Part shown: piece by piece, positions 40,541 to 49,528 of the stretch
Layout of the letters: each line of letters starts with the position of its first letter
Position numbering within the stretch: the first letter of the stretch is position 1
Assembly (NCBI GenBank): GCA_020356065.1
Contig: CP070632.1
Location: 58,665 to 122,664 of the forward strand
Origin: Nitrospiraceae bacterium
Lineage (GTDB): Bacteria; Nitrospirota; Thermodesulfovibrionia; UBA6902
Reading direction: 5' to 3'
Length of the DNA: 64,000 nt
Notes under the pieces: generated by a model
What the model was told of the DNA's origin: nothing
Databases searched by the model: none
What the model saw: the letters and a program-made list of their open reading frames with translations, nothing else
Translations under genes and position numbers: made by a program

Positions 40541-41638
40541 TTATTCCTCTCTTAACAGTCTCGTAGGATCAAGTCTGGTCACAAACCATGAAGGAAATGC
40601 TGAGGCCAATAAGGCGATAACCAGTGATGCAGATACAAAGTGTGGTAAATAATCCCATGAAGGTATGAGGCCAATGCGCATGAAGGTCTTTCCAAACCAG
40701 GACATAAACGGGACGCTCAGGATATGACCGAGCAGTGCCCCAATGATCGAAGACAATACCGCTATGGTAATATTTTTAAAGATAATTTTCCCCGGTGTAA
40801 ATCCTATGCTGAGTAAAAGGCCTATCTCCCGTTCACCTTTGTGCAGCATATAGAAGATAAGAAAGACAATACTTCCAACAACCAGCACCGTACCTGTGAT
40901 CCATAACAGCGTAGAGTACTGTTGCATGATGGCATTAATCTGGGTCTGTGCCTTGGCCATGCCGTCAACAGTAATAGCCATCGTCCCGGGCAGGGTATTT
41001 TCAACCTCACCGGCAAAACCGGCCACGTCCAGTTTGCACCAGCAGCCGCCCATGTTAAGGGCATTAATTTTACCTGGTTTATCAAGGATATTCTGTGCTG
41101 CACCTAACGGCATGAAAATGGCCATGTCATAACCCTTTGGCGGGGGATCAAGCACCCTGGCAATCCTGAATGAATTTCCCCTGATATCCAGTGCATCTCC
41201 TTTTTTAAGACCAAGGACAGATGCAGCGCCTTTGCCAATGGTGATAGACTGGGAATCCGTATATCCATAGCGGGGATTATTTACCGTGCGTCCGACAATG
41301 ATAAGGTCATTGCCCTGAACATTTATATTTCCGTATAACCAGGGCTGAATTTTTCCGGCATGTCTGCCCACCGGAGATTGTTTTATGCGGTCACCATAAT
41401 CATCAGGCATGACCTCCGGGCCGTATTTCATTGAATAAAACGATTCCAGGTCAGTCCCCTGTGGAACGACGAGCATCCCTTTACCCAGATCATGTGTCAG
41501 TTCTTTGATCCTGTCTTCTGCTGAACTGTTTAATGAACTTTGAATAACAAGTACAGATATTACAAATGCCATGAGAAGAATGACCAGTGTATGAATCAGC
41601 CATCGGTGTCTGATCTCCTTAAGCATTAACAGAAACAC
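40541..41638 (-). CDS. ABC transporter permease, FtsX/MacB/LolC-like
   Basis: Same architecture as 38736-39893. The permease-ATPase-permease order resembles lolCDE. Confidence 0.65.
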   Translation of the reverse strand: MFLLMLKEIRHRWLIHTLVILLMAFVISVLVIQSSLNSSAEDRIKELTHDLGKGMLVVPQGTDLESFYSMKYGPEVMPDDYGDRIKQSPVGRHAGKIQPWLYGNINVQGNDLIIVGRTVNNPRYGYTDSQSITIGKGAASVLGLKKGDALDIRGNSFRIARVLDPPPKGYDMAIFMPLGAAQNILDKPGKINALNMGGCWCKLDVAGFAGEVENTLPGTMAITVDGMAKAQTQINAIMQQYSTLLWITGTVLVVGSIVFLIFYMLHKGEREIGLLLSIGFTPGKIIFKNITIAVLSSIIGALLGHILSVPFMSWFGKTFMRIGLIPSWDYLPHFVSASLVIALLASAFPSWFVTRLDPTRLLREE

Positions 41639-41861
41639 GTAATATTAAAGCCTCCGTTCAAAATTTCATTACCTATATATATTATATTTATAATAGTGAA
41701 GATAATATGAAGGAGAATAAGGCTAACCCTTCTGCTTTCGCCTTAGTAAGGGAAGAATAATTTTTCCCCTCCTTACTAAGGATGGGGGGCGGGGAGGTGG
41801 CATGACTTCAATCAACAGGGATATGACATAAGGCATACATAATAGAATGTGATAACAATTC

Positions 41862-42353
41862 TTGAACGAGGGAGAAGATGAGATGAAAAAAGTTATGTTT
41901 ATTACATTAATAATATTGCTCTTTGTATCAGCCGGAATGGCCCACATGATGAAGGAGGATAGATATGAAGGAAGGCATGATTTTCCTGACAACCGGATGG
42001 AAGGATATAAATTTTTCGGCTGGGGAATGCATGGACCTCAAACTCCCGACTGTGGATGCGGGCATGAAATGATGAGTCATGAATACTGCGGCACAATGGG
42101 GCATCAAGGTATGTTGCCCGGAATGATGGGGTATGGCATGGGCCCCGGAATGGGGGGATTTGATGCGGACAGGTATGATACATTTATGCGTGATACCATT
42201 GACATGAGAAGGGAATTTCATAACAGGGAGTTTGACTATAATGAGGCTCTTCGAAACAGGGACGTAAAACACGATGACCTGATCAAGATGGAAAAAGAGA
42301 TGCTTGAACTTCAGATGAAGATCAGGGAAAAATGGTGGAACAGGACTGACTGA
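41862..42353 (+). CDS. Secreted Met/His/Gly-rich protein, putative periplasmic copper-binding protein
   Basis: Signal peptide, then 'MHGPQTPDCGCGHEMMSHEYCGTMGHQGMLPGMMGYGMGPGMGG'. A charged helical C-terminus. Confidence 0.45.
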   Translation: MNEGEDEMKKVMFITLIILLFVSAGMAHMMKEDRYEGRHDFPDNRMEGYKFFGWGMHGPQTPDCGCGHEMMSHEYCGTMGHQGMLPGMMGYGMGPGMGGFDADRYDTFMRDTIDMRREFHNREFDYNEALRNRDVKHDDLIKMEKEMLELQMKIREKWWNRTD

Positions 42354-42453
42354 TAAGGACTTCCCGGTTACGGACTTTAAGTAATGCCCATGAGATGGAA
42401 CAGGCCTTCTCGCGTCACTCAGAGTGACACAAAAAGCATGTCAACTTTACAGG

Positions 42454-42669
42454 CTAACTGACTACTTTATAGCCGGCAGCTTGAATTGCTCCGGTTATTG
42501 CATCACTGTTTGTCTTTGATTCATCAAAACTGACAACCGCACTGCCAACCTCAACATTTGAAGAACTTACTCCGTCCACTGCATCCACTGCTTTTTTTAC
42601 AGCAGTCACACAATGCTGGCAGCTCATGCCGTCAATTTTTATTGTTACTTCTGCCATAAAATCCTCCAT
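42454..42669 (-). CDS. copZ: Heavy-metal-associated (HMA) domain copper chaperone
   Basis: 'GMSCQHC' MxCxxC motif. 71 aa. Confidence 0.8.
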   Translation of the reverse strand: MEDFMAEVTIKIDGMSCQHCVTAVKKAVDAVDGVSSSNVEVGSAVVSFDESKTNSDAITGAIQAAGYKVVS

Positions 42670-42899
42670 TACAGTATCAGGACATTATTTGTCCGAATAA
42701 ACAATATAAATAATACAAAATTTAAAAGTAATAAGCCAGATTTTGGAATAATGCAATAATCGAACTATTAGTTAACTTGTTTGATCAGTCTATTATCCGC
42801 TGATTATACCGACACCCATATAGCGTGATCAACAATAATATCATGATATGAGTAAATCGATGTGATCCAAAAGTTAAGGATTGCCAGTTTAAGTCAATG

Positions 42900-42928
42900 A
42901 AAAAAGCAGAGCCATAGATGACCCTGCC
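42900..42928 (-). terminator. Terminator hairpin on the minus strand (GGCAGGG-N8-GGCTCTGC + T6); a near-identical copy of the hairpin at 21-44
   Basis: Plus-strand sequence 'AAAAAAGCAGAGCCATAGATGACCCTGCC'. It lies downstream of the minus-strand CheC-REC gene. Confidence 0.45.
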
Positions 42929-43120
42929 TTATGGTTACTACTTTATGAAAAGAACCTTTGTTTCAGTTTCTTTCTTAACCCCCTGTACTAAAGAATGTTT
43001 TAGCAAATTGCTTATAGTTAAATGCAAATCCTGAAGTGATGAAATAACTCGGGGCCAAATCACCAAGGTCTTCAATTAGATGCATGAACGTCAATAAAGC
43101 TGAGCCAGGCGTATTGTAGT

Positions 43121-44020
43121 TTACAGGAACACTTTCAGCCTGCTCGGCCCGTTTTCAGCCGTAAGCGGTTTCAAGACAAACCCGGAAACTCCCATCTGGT
43201 TGCATCTGTCAATCACGGTATAGTCAGTTACAGATGTCAGCATGACAATGGGTATATTGCTGTCTGTTGCCCGGATTTTTTTCAACGCCTCATCCCCGGT
43301 CATCTCGGGCATGACAATATCCATAAAGATAATCGCCGGTTTATCTTTTGCATGCATCTCGACTGCCTCTACTCCGTTTGCAGCTTCCACAATATTTTCA
43401 TAACCCAGGGAGTTGAGGAATCTCTTCATGCTGCGCCTGATAAACTTTGAATCATCAACAACCAGAATCTTTTCACCTGTCTGTATTTTGGGAGCATCCT
43501 TTGCCTCGCCTGCTTTGGAGTCGATCATAAGAAGGTTAAAATAGAACCTGCCCACATCATCAATATGGACTGGTACGGAAATGATTTCCCGAACATTTTC
43601 CAAAAGCGACTTCATGTTTTCAGTGTTAAGAATAAAATAAGGTGGCTCAAACTGTATGCCAAGTCTTTGCGTTTCAAGGCACTGTGTAGCATTTCCGATT
43701 GCGGTGTTGCCCCACTCGGCCAAGGCAGACTGCATCTCTTCATTTATTTCAGGCAATTCGTCTGATTCATTGAGTATATTAAACCTGAGGCGGTTGCCGA
43801 TGGCAAGAGCAGTTTCGACATAATGATGTATAAGAATAACCATTTCAAGGTTGCCGTGAGTTTTGGCTGCAATAGCATATCCCTTAAATCTGAAATCCTC
43901 TACGTTATCTGTAAATGCTTCACCTACATGCGCCTTGAGATGAGCCATTACCTCCAGGCTATTAATCGTTTCATCAATAAACGGTTTCAGCATGTTTGTT
44001 TTGATCTCTGTAGCTATCAT
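43121..44020 (-). CDS. CheC/CheX-like phosphatase domain fused to a CheY-like receiver domain
   Basis: C-terminal REC 'ILVVDDSKFIRRSMKRFL...IIFMDIVMPEMTG...LKP'. The N-terminal 150 aa resemble the CheC/CheX fold. Confidence 0.55.
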   Translation of the reverse strand: MIATEIKTNMLKPFIDETINSLEVMAHLKAHVGEAFTDNVEDFRFKGYAIAAKTHGNLEMVILIHHYVETALAIGNRLRFNILNESDELPEINEEMQSALAEWGNTAIGNATQCLETQRLGIQFEPPYFILNTENMKSLLENVREIISVPVHIDDVGRFYFNLLMIDSKAGEAKDAPKIQTGEKILVVDDSKFIRRSMKRFLNSLGYENIVEAANGVEAVEMHAKDKPAIIFMDIVMPEMTGDEALKKIRATDSNIPIVMLTSVTDYTVIDRCNQMGVSGFVLKPLTAENGPSRLKVFL

Positions 44021-44461
44021 ATGATCTCCTTTTCATTTAAGTTCTTCTATTCCCTTCCAATAAAGGAACTGTATAAACAGACTATTATTATATCGGCAGG
44101 ATTATCAATAACTTTACTGACATGTAATAATAAACGACAGAATATGGTCTGAATAAACTTTATTTATAACTTCAAAAAGTCAATGAAGTCCTGCCTGCTG
44201 CGAAATTATTGATAGGAGGGGAAAAGCGAGGATTTATGTTCTTATTAGAAAACAGTGACTCTTAGATCGGAGTTATCATCATGTGCCATTCTTGATACTG
44301 ATTATAATTTGATGTTTTCCAGGTCATCTTCAGGTTTTATCATCTCCAGTGATTTTCAATTTAGGTCAGAAATGTAAAGTTATCTGACTCAAATACTGTA
44401 TAATGAAAAATGAAATACTTTTTACGAACGAATTATATTATACAGTGAAGGAGGATATGAA

Positions 44462-44857
44462 ATGAGTTACCATTTCACAAAAAAACTTGACACTTCATAT
44501 GATGAAGCTATTAGCAGGGCCACAGAAGAGTTGAAAAAGGAAGGATTTGGGATTCTGACAGAGATCGATGTAAAAGAGGCCCTTAAGAAAAAACTTGATG
44601 TGGACTTCAGGAAATATAAAATCCTTGGTGCATGCAATCCCTCTTTTGCATATCAGGCACTGCAGGCGGAAGATAAAATAGGGACCATGCTTCCCTGTAA
44701 CGTGATTGTTCAGGAGACGGATGACGGCAAAATTGAAGTTTCAGCCATTGATCCGATTGCTTCGATGCAGGCTATTGATAACCCGTCTCTTGGTGATATT
44801 GCCAGAGAGGTCAGAGAGAAGTTAAAAAAGGTTATAGATAGTATTCAATCCACATAA
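44462..44857 (+). CDS. DUF302 family protein
   Basis: Small α/β protein whose pattern matches DUF302. Extended -10 'TGTATAAT' at about 44395-44403. Confidence 0.55.
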   Translation: MSYHFTKKLDTSYDEAISRATEELKKEGFGILTEIDVKEALKKKLDVDFRKYKILGACNPSFAYQALQAEDKIGTMLPCNVIVQETDDGKIEVSAIDPIASMQAIDNPSLGDIAREVREKLKKVIDSIQST

Positions 44858-45030
44858 AGACCATTATTTCTTTATGTCAGCCCGAAGTCCGTAATCGGGC
44901 ATACAGAAGAAACTTATGAATAGATTGGATTTTGTGCCTCAGGCCTTTCGTGCCGGAAGGCAGACTGCCGGAATGATGAATAAAAAACTTTTTCTTAAAA
45001 TCTAAATGACGCCATTTATAGTTAATAATA

Positions 45031-47568
45031 ATGATTAATAAGCGTGACAAAAACAGGCAGAATAAAGAAGCCTGCCCATTGCCTGAACGGGATAAGAAAG
45101 CAGATCCCAGGGGGTCTTCCCATGCTAAAAGAATAGACCTCCCGGTTACCGGTATGTCCTGCGCTGCCTGTTCGGCCCGGGTCCAGAAGTCACTTTCAGG
45201 ACTGAAGGGTGTCAAGTCTGCAATGGTTAATCTTGCTGCTGAAAGAGCAACAGTCTTTTACGATCCGGAAGAATCATCCGTAGATGATGTAGTTTCTCAT
45301 ATTAAGGACCTGGGTTATGGAGTTTCTGTTTCAAAAGTTACCATACCCATAAAGGGTATGACCTGTGCTGCCTGTGTTAAAAGGGTCCAGGATGCTCTCC
45401 AGTCTTTGGACGGAGTTTTGAATGCAACAGTAAATCTGGCCACAGAAAAAGCCACTGTTGAATATTCTCCAGCTCAGGCAGGGATGAGAGACTTCAAGAA
45501 TGCAATAAAGGGAACGGGATATGATATTGTTGAGTTTAAGCAGGGGGAGGATATTGTTGAAAAAGAAAAAAGAGAACGGGAAACAGCGTATAAGAAACTC
45601 AGATCCAGGGTTATTATCGGTGCTTCCTTAACCGTTCCTGTATTTCTTCTGGTATTCTGGGACAGACTTGGACTAAATTTAATATTATCCATTCCAATGC
45701 AAACCAATTTTTTTCTGCAGTTTCTGATTCAGACACCTGTTCAGTTCTGGGCAGGGTGGCAGTTTTATACGGGTGCGATCTCTGCTGCCCGGCATAGAAC
45801 CACAAACATGAACACGCTTATTGCTGTTGGTACGTCCGCAGCGTATATGTACAGTGTAACCGCTACTTTTATTCCATCTATATTCGAAATAAAGGGATAC
45901 TCCGCACATGTATATTTTGACACAGCAGCTACCATCATAGTTCTTATTCTTCTTGGTCGGCTCTTCGAAGCGCAGGCAAAGGGCAAGACCTCAGAAGCCA
46001 TTAAGAAACTGGCCGGCCTGCAGTCAAAGACCGCCCGTGTTGTTCATAACGGTGAGGAAAAAGATATCCCGATTGAAGAGGTTGAAATAGGAGACATCAT
46101 TCTGGTGAGACCGGGTGATAAAATTCCGGTTGACGGGGTAATCAGGCAAGGATACTCGTCAGTGGATGAATCAATGATATCTGGTGAGTCCATTCCTGTT
46201 GAGAAAAAAACAGGGGATGAAGTAATCGGGGCCACGATCAATAAAACCGGTTCTTTTAAGTTTGAGGCAACAAAGATCGGAAGGGACACTATGCTCTCGC
46301 AGATCATACATATGGTCCAGGAGGCCCAGGGATCAAAACCCCCCATAGCCAGACTTGCAGATAAGATCGCTTCGGTTTTTGTACCGGCGGTCATGGTTAT
46401 TGCAACGCTGACATTCATGATCTGGTTCATTTTTGGACCTGCACCTTCATTTACATATGCGATTCTGAATTTCATAGCGGTCATGATCATAGCATGTCCA
46501 TGTGCACTTGGACTGGCAACACCCACATCGATAATGGTGGGGACCGGTAAAGGTGCTGAGCAGGGCATTTTGATCAGAGGAGCAGAAGCCCTGGAGACAC
46601 TACATAAAGTAACGTCAATCGTCTTTGACAAAACTGGCACGCTGACTAAAGGGAAGCCGGTTGTTACCGATATTATAGGTTTAAACGGGAATGCTGATGA
46701 AGTTCTTTTCTTTGCTGCATCTGCGGAAAAAGGGTCTGAGCATCCTCTTGGTGAAGCAATTGTAAATAAGGCAAAAGATGAAAGTATCCGGCTGACAGAT
46801 CCGGTTGATTTTTCAGCTTTCCCCGGTCATGGGATAACAGCTGGCGTTGACGGTAAAACAGTATATCTTGGAAATCTCAACTTCTTGAAAGATCAGAATG
46901 TCGATATATCAAATTTATCTCAGGTTGCCGGGGAAATGTCAGGACAAGGGAAAACTCCTATGTATGTAGCAGTGGATGGGCAGGCAGCTGGGCTGATAGC
47001 TGTAGCAGATACATTGAAAGAAAATTCAGCACAGGCAGTGACCGCTCTCAGGAAATCAGGGATTGAAACAGTGATGATAACAGGGGATAACAGGCGGACT
47101 GCCGACGCAATCGGTAAGCAGGTCGGGATTGACAGGGTGCTATCTGAAGTTCTTCCTGAAGACAAGGCGGCCGCAGTAAAAAAATTTCAGTCTGAAGGCA
47201 GAATTGTTGCCATGGTAGGTGACGGAATTAATGATGCTCCAGCACTTGCACAGGCAGATGTCGGCATTGCTATCGGTACAGGAACTGATGTTGCGATGGA
47301 GGCCTCGGATGTTACATTGATCAGGGGTGATCTCAAGGGAGTTGTTGAGTCTATTGCGCTGTCAAAGGCAACAATCAGAAATATCAAGCAGAACCTTTTC
47401 TGGGCATTTGCTTATAATACGGTGTTGATTCCTGTTGCTGCAGGCTTACTGTTTCCGTTCTTCGGGATTTTACTTAACCCTATGTTCGCAGCTGCGGCCA
47501 TGGGTATGTCATCAGTTACGGTTGTCTTAAATGCGTTAAGATTGAGAAGTTTTCAGTACACGATCTAG
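45031..47568 (+). CDS. copA: Copper-translocating P1B-type ATPase with two N-terminal HMA domains
   Basis: 'GMSCAAC' and 'GMTCAAC'. CPC motif 'ACPCALG'. 'DKTGTLT' phosphorylation site. 'GDGINDAP'. Confidence 0.9.
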   Translation: MINKRDKNRQNKEACPLPERDKKADPRGSSHAKRIDLPVTGMSCAACSARVQKSLSGLKGVKSAMVNLAAERATVFYDPEESSVDDVVSHIKDLGYGVSVSKVTIPIKGMTCAACVKRVQDALQSLDGVLNATVNLATEKATVEYSPAQAGMRDFKNAIKGTGYDIVEFKQGEDIVEKEKRERETAYKKLRSRVIIGASLTVPVFLLVFWDRLGLNLILSIPMQTNFFLQFLIQTPVQFWAGWQFYTGAISAARHRTTNMNTLIAVGTSAAYMYSVTATFIPSIFEIKGYSAHVYFDTAATIIVLILLGRLFEAQAKGKTSEAIKKLAGLQSKTARVVHNGEEKDIPIEEVEIGDIILVRPGDKIPVDGVIRQGYSSVDESMISGESIPVEKKTGDEVIGATINKTGSFKFEATKIGRDTMLSQIIHMVQEAQGSKPPIARLADKIASVFVPAVMVIATLTFMIWFIFGPAPSFTYAILNFIAVMIIACPCALGLATPTSIMVGTGKGAEQGILIRGAEALETLHKVTSIVFDKTGTLTKGKPVVTDIIGLNGNADEVLFFAASAEKGSEHPLGEAIVNKAKDESIRLTDPVDFSAFPGHGITAGVDGKTVYLGNLNFLKDQNVDISNLSQVAGEMSGQGKTPMYVAVDGQAAGLIAVADTLKENSAQAVTALRKSGIETVMITGDNRRTADAIGKQVGIDRVLSEVLPEDKAAAVKKFQSEGRIVAMVGDGINDAPALAQADVGIAIGTGTDVAMEASDVTLIRGDLKGVVESIALSKATIRNIKQNLFWAFAYNTVLIPVAAGLLFPFFGILLNPMFAAAAMGMSSVTVVLNALRLRSFQYTI

Positions 47569-47740
47569 GGTATTATAATTTCCTATTATATTCGATAGCT
47601 TCCCCCCGTTCTCTCACAGCATAAAATCATTCTGATTTATGTTAATTCTCAGCTATAAAGGTCTGTTTAAGATGAAAGAAATGATGTCCGATAATAATAT
47701 ATGAAGAAGAATTTAAAATTATCGAAAGGGATCAAATCGC

Positions 47741-49363
47741 TTGCTTAACCTGACATTAAAAAATATTGCTCACAAAGAAGACTTTTCTGCACAGAAAGAT
47801 GTTTCATTGAGAGATGTAACGGAATTAATGAATAAAAATGGAAAAGGTGTTGTTGTCATCCTTGATGGTAAGAAAATTGCGGGCATTCTTACCGAAAGGG
47901 ACATAGTGAAATGCCTTCACAAGGGAATAGATCTGGATACTAATGTTACGGGTTTTGCCGATAAAAAACTTGTTGCGACAAGAGGAGACAGAACAGTCGG
48001 ATATGCACTATCCCTTATGATAGAAAATAATATCAGACGTATAATCATTACAGACGGGTTCCTGGATGAATTTATTGGAGTTGTTACACAGCAGGATTTG
48101 CTGAAATATCTTGAAGAGGATTTTTACCGAGCAACCATCAAAGTCAAACATATCATAGACCGATTGGGGCATTTGTTTAACGTGGAACCTGATGACTCAC
48201 TGAAAAGTGTTCTGGATCAGATGGTTGGAAATCAAATAAGTGCGGTTGCCATCATCAGTGACGGTGTAGCTGAGGGAATTATCTCTGAGAAAGACATATT
48301 GCGATTGGCCTGTGAAAATATATCTCTTGACAGCAGAGTTCATGAACATATGTCAACCCCGGTGATCAATGTACATCTCGATAATGCGCTTGTCGACATT
48401 GTGACCATAATGAATGAATTGCAGATCAATAGAGTTATCGTACATGATGACAGCGGTATCGCTACCAATGTCATTACCACGAGAGATGTGTTGAAAAGCC
48501 TGGAGAGTGATTATAGTGCATTCCTTGAGCGCAAACTGAGGAGTGCCAAGGAAATTCTTAACCTTTTGCCGGAAATGATGGTAGAAATAGCTGAAACCGA
48601 GTCTGACCAGTTAATTGTGTGGGCAAACGATAAGGTGACGAGGAAGTTCGGCATGGACCTCCTTGACCAGCCGATAACTGAGTTTCTGCCCAGGGAGCAG
48701 TGGCATAAGATTTACACAACACTGAGAGACTCGGGGAAAGTAGAAAATATAAAAATGAAGAAGGGAGACAGCATTCTTGAGCTTTCCGGGTTTTATCTGA
48801 ACGTTGACAGTAATCAGAATAATGGAAAAATCCAGCTCATTATCAGAGATATCACGGATGATATACGATTGTCTACTTCTGACCCCTTGACAGGTTTATA
48901 TAACAGACGGTTTGTGAATGAATATTTAATAAAGGAGATCGCACGATTTAAAAGGTCGAACGAATCTTTTTCACTTGTGATGTGTGACATTGATAACTTC
49001 AAGGAGATAAATGACACGTACGGCCATTTGGCCGGTGATATAGTTCTTAAGTCATTGGCACAGCTTGTCACTCCTACGTTAAGGCAGCTTGATATCTTCG
49101 GCAGATACGGCGGCGATGAGTTTGTTTTAATTCTGCCCGGGACGGACAGTACATTTGCCTCAAATGTAATTGACAGACTGAGGATAAAAATAGAAAGCAT
49201 TCCAATAGCTCTTCCCGCAGGAGTAAAAAAATCTATAACTGCCAGTTTTGGTGTTGCAACATTTCCGATGGACGGAGAATCTTCAGATGATCTGCTGATC
49301 AAGGCCGATGAGCGATTATATAAGGCGAAGAGTCTTGGAAAAAACAAGGTTGTCTTTGTATGA
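47741..49363 (+). CDS. Diguanylate cyclase: 4xCBS - PAS - GGDEF, with I-site
   Basis: 'RYGGDEF' active site preceded by an RxxD I-site 'RQLD'. CBS pairs at the N-terminus. Confidence 0.85.
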   Translation: MLNLTLKNIAHKEDFSAQKDVSLRDVTELMNKNGKGVVVILDGKKIAGILTERDIVKCLHKGIDLDTNVTGFADKKLVATRGDRTVGYALSLMIENNIRRIIITDGFLDEFIGVVTQQDLLKYLEEDFYRATIKVKHIIDRLGHLFNVEPDDSLKSVLDQMVGNQISAVAIISDGVAEGIISEKDILRLACENISLDSRVHEHMSTPVINVHLDNALVDIVTIMNELQINRVIVHDDSGIATNVITTRDVLKSLESDYSAFLERKLRSAKEILNLLPEMMVEIAETESDQLIVWANDKVTRKFGMDLLDQPITEFLPREQWHKIYTTLRDSGKVENIKMKKGDSILELSGFYLNVDSNQNNGKIQLIIRDITDDIRLSTSDPLTGLYNRRFVNEYLIKEIARFKRSNESFSLVMCDIDNFKEINDTYGHLAGDIVLKSLAQLVTPTLRQLDIFGRYGGDEFVLILPGTDSTFASNVIDRLRIKIESIPIALPAGVKKSITASFGVATFPMDGESSDDLLIKADERLYKAKSLGKNKVVFV

Positions 49364-49528
49364 AGCAAATCGCACCCAATCGTACCTCTTGTTACATCAT
49401 ATCAAGCTGAGATTCTTCTGTGATAAGAGTCCATGTATATCACTGTGGTACCGGGCTAAACATATTCATCGAAAATGCCGATTTATAATCAGGAGTTAAA
49501 ATGAAATGCCATTAATACGGAAGGGACT

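Noticed and set aside
42413-42427. Hairpin GTCACTC-A-GAGTGAC between the Met-rich gene and copZ as a terminator
   Set aside because: The stem is only 6-7 bp with a 1-nt loop. The adjacent homopolymer is an A-run on the plus strand and precedes the stem on the minus strand, so it is a U-tract in the wrong position for either transcript.
44877-45215. 112-aa minus-strand ORF overlapping the copA 5' end
   Set aside because: No recognisable domain. It overlaps the copA start region and is probably spurious. copA's own start may be later than 45031.
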